Made by a program: the position numbers and the translations under genes
DNA from: Paraspadella gotoi
Lineage: Eukaryota; Animalia; Chaetognatha
Direction of reading: 5' to 3'
NCBI GenBank assembly: GCA_051294375.1
Contig: CM119265.1
Span: 2,084,311-2,148,310 of the forward strand
Length of the DNA stretch: 64,000 nucleotides
Notes under the pieces: model-generated
Told to the model about the DNA's origin: nothing
Seen by the model: the letters and a program-made list of their open reading frames with translations, nothing else
The model's database searches: none
In this document: in pieces, positions 60,384-64,000 of the stretch
Numbering within the stretch: position 1 is the stretch's first letter
Layout of the letters: each line of letters opens with the position of its first letter

Positions 60384-63300
60384 CGAGAGACGCTGACAAA
60401 ACGAGCCGAGATTTCCGATTGATTCCCAGATAAAGGAATAAAAAGAGAAGAAAAAAAGGGTTACGACTGTAAGGAAATGGCGAAGGCCGAACAGTCGGGT
60501 TTGTTTATCGCGAATTCGTATGGAAAGAAAATAAAATAAGGAGGAACATTTAAAACTGAAAATATAGTACAATATTTCTATTCAGTGCAAGCTACATACA
60601 TAGATATAATAACAGGGTGACTCTTTTTGTCGCTTTATTCCTTAACCCAATCTTTAATTAAACCTATTTTTAGGTCCTAACCCCTAATTCATCGTAAACC
60701 TTAACCTAATCTTTAAATATAACTATAAAGAATGCTGCGCAGTATTTTTGCGCTTGATTATTCTTACACGCAACCTGGAAACTCGCTGTGCGCGAGAAAT
60801 AAATTCACACGCAACTGACGACCTGGGAAATAAATTTTTTTTATTCTGATTGGTTGAAATTCTCCTGGTCTCTGATTGGTCGACATGTATATCTTCGTCT
60901 CTTGATTGGTGGAGATTTATCGTCGTAGATTTCGGGCGAAACGCGACTGAAGTGAAGGGAAAAAAATCTTCGACGCGAAAAACAAAATGGCGAATTGATT
61001 GGTCGTGGAAACAAGCAGGCGCAGGAGGAAAATGAACCAGTGGCTGCGCCAATAAATGTAAATCACTTTCAAGGGCTTAAACTGAACTGTTACTGCGGCA
61101 CTAATAATATTTTGGTACGGCAAAAATATTTTACTAAATAAAAATAATATTATTTTTGTTTCGATATATATGCGCGTCTGCATCTGTTGCACTGAAATAT
61201 TTTTCATCTAATTCTCCAAACCACCACCAAATAAGATTAAAAACAAAAAGATTTAAGATAATAAAAATTTAAAAAAACAATTGCATTTTATTAAAGAGCA
61301 GGTGTAAGTAAAGAACTTTGTTTCAGAAACAAAGATTAAAATCTCTGGTGGAAATACTTAAATTAAATTTTATTGTTATTTTGTCTTTAAAATTGCTATT
61401 TTGTTTGTACACTGGTTTATTAAGACTAAAAAGTGTAAAGCAAAGCAAGTGAAGATCTAGTGTGTGCAGACTAAAGTGATTTAGAACAAGCAAGCAGGCA
61501 CCCAGGTTTGAGTTAGGGAAATCATTTACAAACTACCTAAGTACAAATCCTATCATTGCAGCCCTTCCGCGCCGCCGTCGCCGCGCCGCGACGCAGCTGC
61601 CCCGCCCAATTAACGACTTTTACCTTCTTTCTCTCCTTCGAACCTCGAGACACAAAAACGACAAAAAAATTTTTTTTTTTATTCGCGATCGAAAGAGAAA
61701 AAAATCTGTTATCTCGCCATCTGCGCAGATAATTTATAGATAATTACAGATGGTCAGTGGGTTTACTCTCTAATCCAATTGTTTACGTGAATCACAGTAT
61801 TACAGTATTACAGTGATACACTACTACAAGCCCTCATCGGCACTGCCTTTCCTTCATGCGACCGAGCGGGGCCAGCTCTATTTCACTTTTCACTTTCCCC
61901 TCACCATTTCAATTTAAATTTTCATTTTCAATTTCTCTGTCTAATGTTTATTTATTTATCTATTTTAAACTTGCAACTGTTAAATTATTGCACTGAAGTT
62001 CAATTTCAAGTTTTTGACAAATTTATTGTTTTTGTACATTATGAAATGTAACATTGTTAAAATTTTTAAATTTTCTTTTCACATCTCTCTCATCTATCCT
62101 CAAACTGAAACTGTCGTGAATGATAGTACAAGAATTAGGATATATAATTCACTTACCAATCAATGACATGTCACCGACAAATCAATGAACATATCACCGA
62201 CCAATATGACATCCCGACCAGTCATTATTAATCTAGGACGAAGAACCGACTCATCCTCGTTAAGATAAAAATCAAGAATTCGGATTTGAAGCCAGAAGGA
62301 GGAAGATGAAGGGAAAGGAGGAGGAGGAATGTGGTGGGGGTCGGAGAAGGTCGGAGAAGGTTGATGGTCGGAGAAGGTCGGAGAAGATCGGAGAAGGTCG
62401 GAGAAGATCGGAGAAGTTTGGAGAAAGCGGAGAAAGGGAAGGTGCGTAGAAGGTCGGAGAAAGTCGGAGAAGGTTGGAGAGTGTTGTAAAAAGGTCCGGA
62501 GAAGGTTGGAGGATGTCGGAGAAGTCGGAAGAAGGTCGAAGAAGGTTGGAGAAGTTCGGAGAAGGCCGGAGAAGGTTAGAGAAAGTCGGAGTAGGTCGGA
62601 GAAGATCGGAGAAGGTCGAAGAAGATCGGAGAAGACCGGAGAAGGTCGGAGAAGGTCGGAGAAGGTCGAAGAAGGTCGGAAAAGGTCGGAAAAGGGGGCA
62701 GGGGATTTAAGGCTTTTCGTCTGATGGAGAAGAGAGATTGTTTGTAGTCGTTTATACGTACATCAATTTGACAGTCAATGTACAATTGTACATAATATAT
62801 CATGATAATATAAGTAAATTATTATCGATTACTAGTAAAAATTAGACCCCTCCAGAAATGATCACAGCAATCTTTTGAAAGGTTAGAAGAATATCTTTGC
62901 TGGGACGACTATCAACCTATTAGAGAATAAGGACCTTGATAAAAATCGCCCATAGAATTCCGATGACCAAACGAATAACATGCTGTAAATTAATCCAATT
63001 ATATTACTTATAACGCTAATACTTAATTTTTTGTTTTGGTTCACCAAAAATGATTTAAACGCTCACGATAACAATTAAAAAGACTATATATTAAAAATTG
63101 CATATCATTTTCTGTTACATAATCGTCTATTTTTGACAAGATTGTCAACTAATTTTAAGATAAATTTTGTATACAATTAGAACTATCTATGGGGATTATT
63201 ACAACCCCATGTCAGCCGCATGAATTTCCCCAACAGGGTCAATCAACTGCCAAAAAAAATAATGAAATTGGGTACACACCAACCAATTCTTTAAAATTTA

Positions 63301-63644
63301 TTATTTTTTTTTCTAAATCAGTTTTTAAATGTAGGGTGTGATATTTCTTTGAAAGTCAACTACTTCCTTAAATAAGAGAAAATGTTTTTTTATTTTTGAA
63401 TTATGATATTAAGGTTGATTAGAAACGCTTTTTTCATGTCATGTATGCTAAAAAAATTTTATTTCAAAAAATTAACGTGACTAATGATCATAAACAATGA
63501 GTTTTAGGTTATTAAATAAAAAGGACAAGTTTTGACTTTATCCAAGCCTTCTTCAGCGCTAAAAGCATGTCCGTTTTTTAATACATAAAATTCAAAACCA
63601 AAATAAGAGAAGAAAATATATTTTTTATTGTTTAATAAAACAAT

Positions 63645-63856
63645 GGTTGTGAAGATATTTCTGGTCTCACGCTCAGCGAGGCAAACATTCGCGAACGTTG
63701 CCCGTTCCAGAAATAGAAAACGTTTCTTCCATTATTTGTGAAACTTTAATTAGTCAAAAATTCTAGCCGGAGACCCATGTTAAGACAGTATCGGGAACGG
63801 GCAACGTTCGAATAGTTTTCCTCCGCGAAGCGTGAGATCCAAAAATATCTCACAGT
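63645..63856. repeat. ~210-bp imperfect palindrome (MITE-like)
   Basis: CGAACGTTGCCCGTTCC pairs with GGAACGGGCAACGTTCG; TCTCACGC pairs with GCGTGAGA. Confidence 0.55.
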
Positions 63857-64000
63857 AAAAAACGGGGTTTTTTGGGAAGCGGGTACAACGTTTGAGCTCT
63901 GAAGAGAAAACAGTCGAAAAAAATAACGGACAATACCGGACAATTGGGTCTCGGCCTCGATGAGGCCGCGACATGGTTGCCCTTCATGAAATCAAAAAAA

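Larger units (their letters stand above)
49623..62800. repeat. Direct duplication: 49623-55815 versus 56820-62800
   Basis: Colinear near-identity; the second copy has many 1-bp homopolymer indels. Confidence 0.9.

Overview
Eukaryotic (invertebrate-like animal) genomic DNA with GC-rich exons, AT-rich introns, many microsatellites and three N gaps. All models below were spliced and translated by hand; no database searches were run. Genes: Sds22/PPP1R7 (+); tRNA-Pro(CGG); a 7-exon secreted His-rich protein ending in a chitin-binding peritrophin-A domain (-); a 10-exon gene fusing a DZIP3-like HEPN domain (RNETCH) to a KLHDC1/2-like kelch propeller that lacks the BC-box (-); an 8-exon LicD/fukutin-family gene (+) whose exon 3 is split by a 5.1-kb hAT-like element; and a clan-2 cytochrome P450 (-). 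A trypsin-like protease (-) has a ~26-kb intron that contains the P450, two AT-rich XK-like membrane-protein ORFs and repeats, and its Asp exon carries a 7-aa repeat array that looks partly intronized. Mobile DNA includes 284-bp LTRs with an embedded tRNA-like Pol III promoter, Penelope-type minimal hammerhead ribozymes, hAT/Kolobok-like MITEs and Helentron-like repeats. A ~4-6-kb block at 42.6-62.8 kb is present three times, and one copy may be an assembly artefact. The best candidates for new biology are the HEPN-kelch fusion, the His-rich chitin-binding protein, the tRNA-bearing LTRs and the repeat-born intron.
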